Both the position numbers and the translations under genes were made by a program. Of a stretch of DNA of 64,000 bases, positions 63,776 through 64,000 are shown one piece after another. The first letter of the stretch is position 1; each line of letters starts with the position of its first letter. The notes beneath the pieces are model-generated. The model did no database searches. It worked only from the letters and a program-made list of their open reading frames with translations, and was not told where the DNA came from. This DNA is from Eledone cirrhosa (lineage: Eukaryota): assembly GCA_964016885.1 (NCBI GenBank), contig OZ024743.1, positions 182,094,001-182,158,000 of the forward strand, in the 5' to 3' direction.

Positions 63776-63818
63776 TATATATATATATACACATACACAT
63801 ATATATATATATACACAT

Positions 63819-63883
<65 letters not shown>

Positions 63884-64000
63884 CACATATATATACACAT
63901 ACACATATATATATATACACATACACATATATATATATACACATACATATATATATATATACACATACATATATATATACACATACACATATATATATAT

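Overview
AT-rich eukaryotic DNA, most likely from an octopod cephalopod (inferred from the SINE and RTE families). Positions 1-52000 are a retroelement graveyard set in (TA)n microsatellites. It holds many Penelope-like element (PLE) copies and pseudo-LTR (pLTR) fragments, most with 5' inversions or fold-backs. These carry about 14 distinct type I hammerhead ribozyme (HHR) families (about 25 copies), including catalytic-core variants and very long stem II forms. Also present are two decayed RTE LINEs, tRNA-derived SINEs, Helitron-type non-autonomous elements (one a tandem dimer splitting a PLE ORF) and a probable solo LTR. The last 12 kb holds a complete 6-exon cyclin Q (CCNQ/FAM58A) gene on + and the last three coding exons of a convergent POC1 gene on -. 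The most interesting signal is insertion geometry suggesting that these HHR-bearing elements were reverse-transcribed from circular unit-length RNAs primed on (TA)n. All RNA folds and alignments were done by eye.
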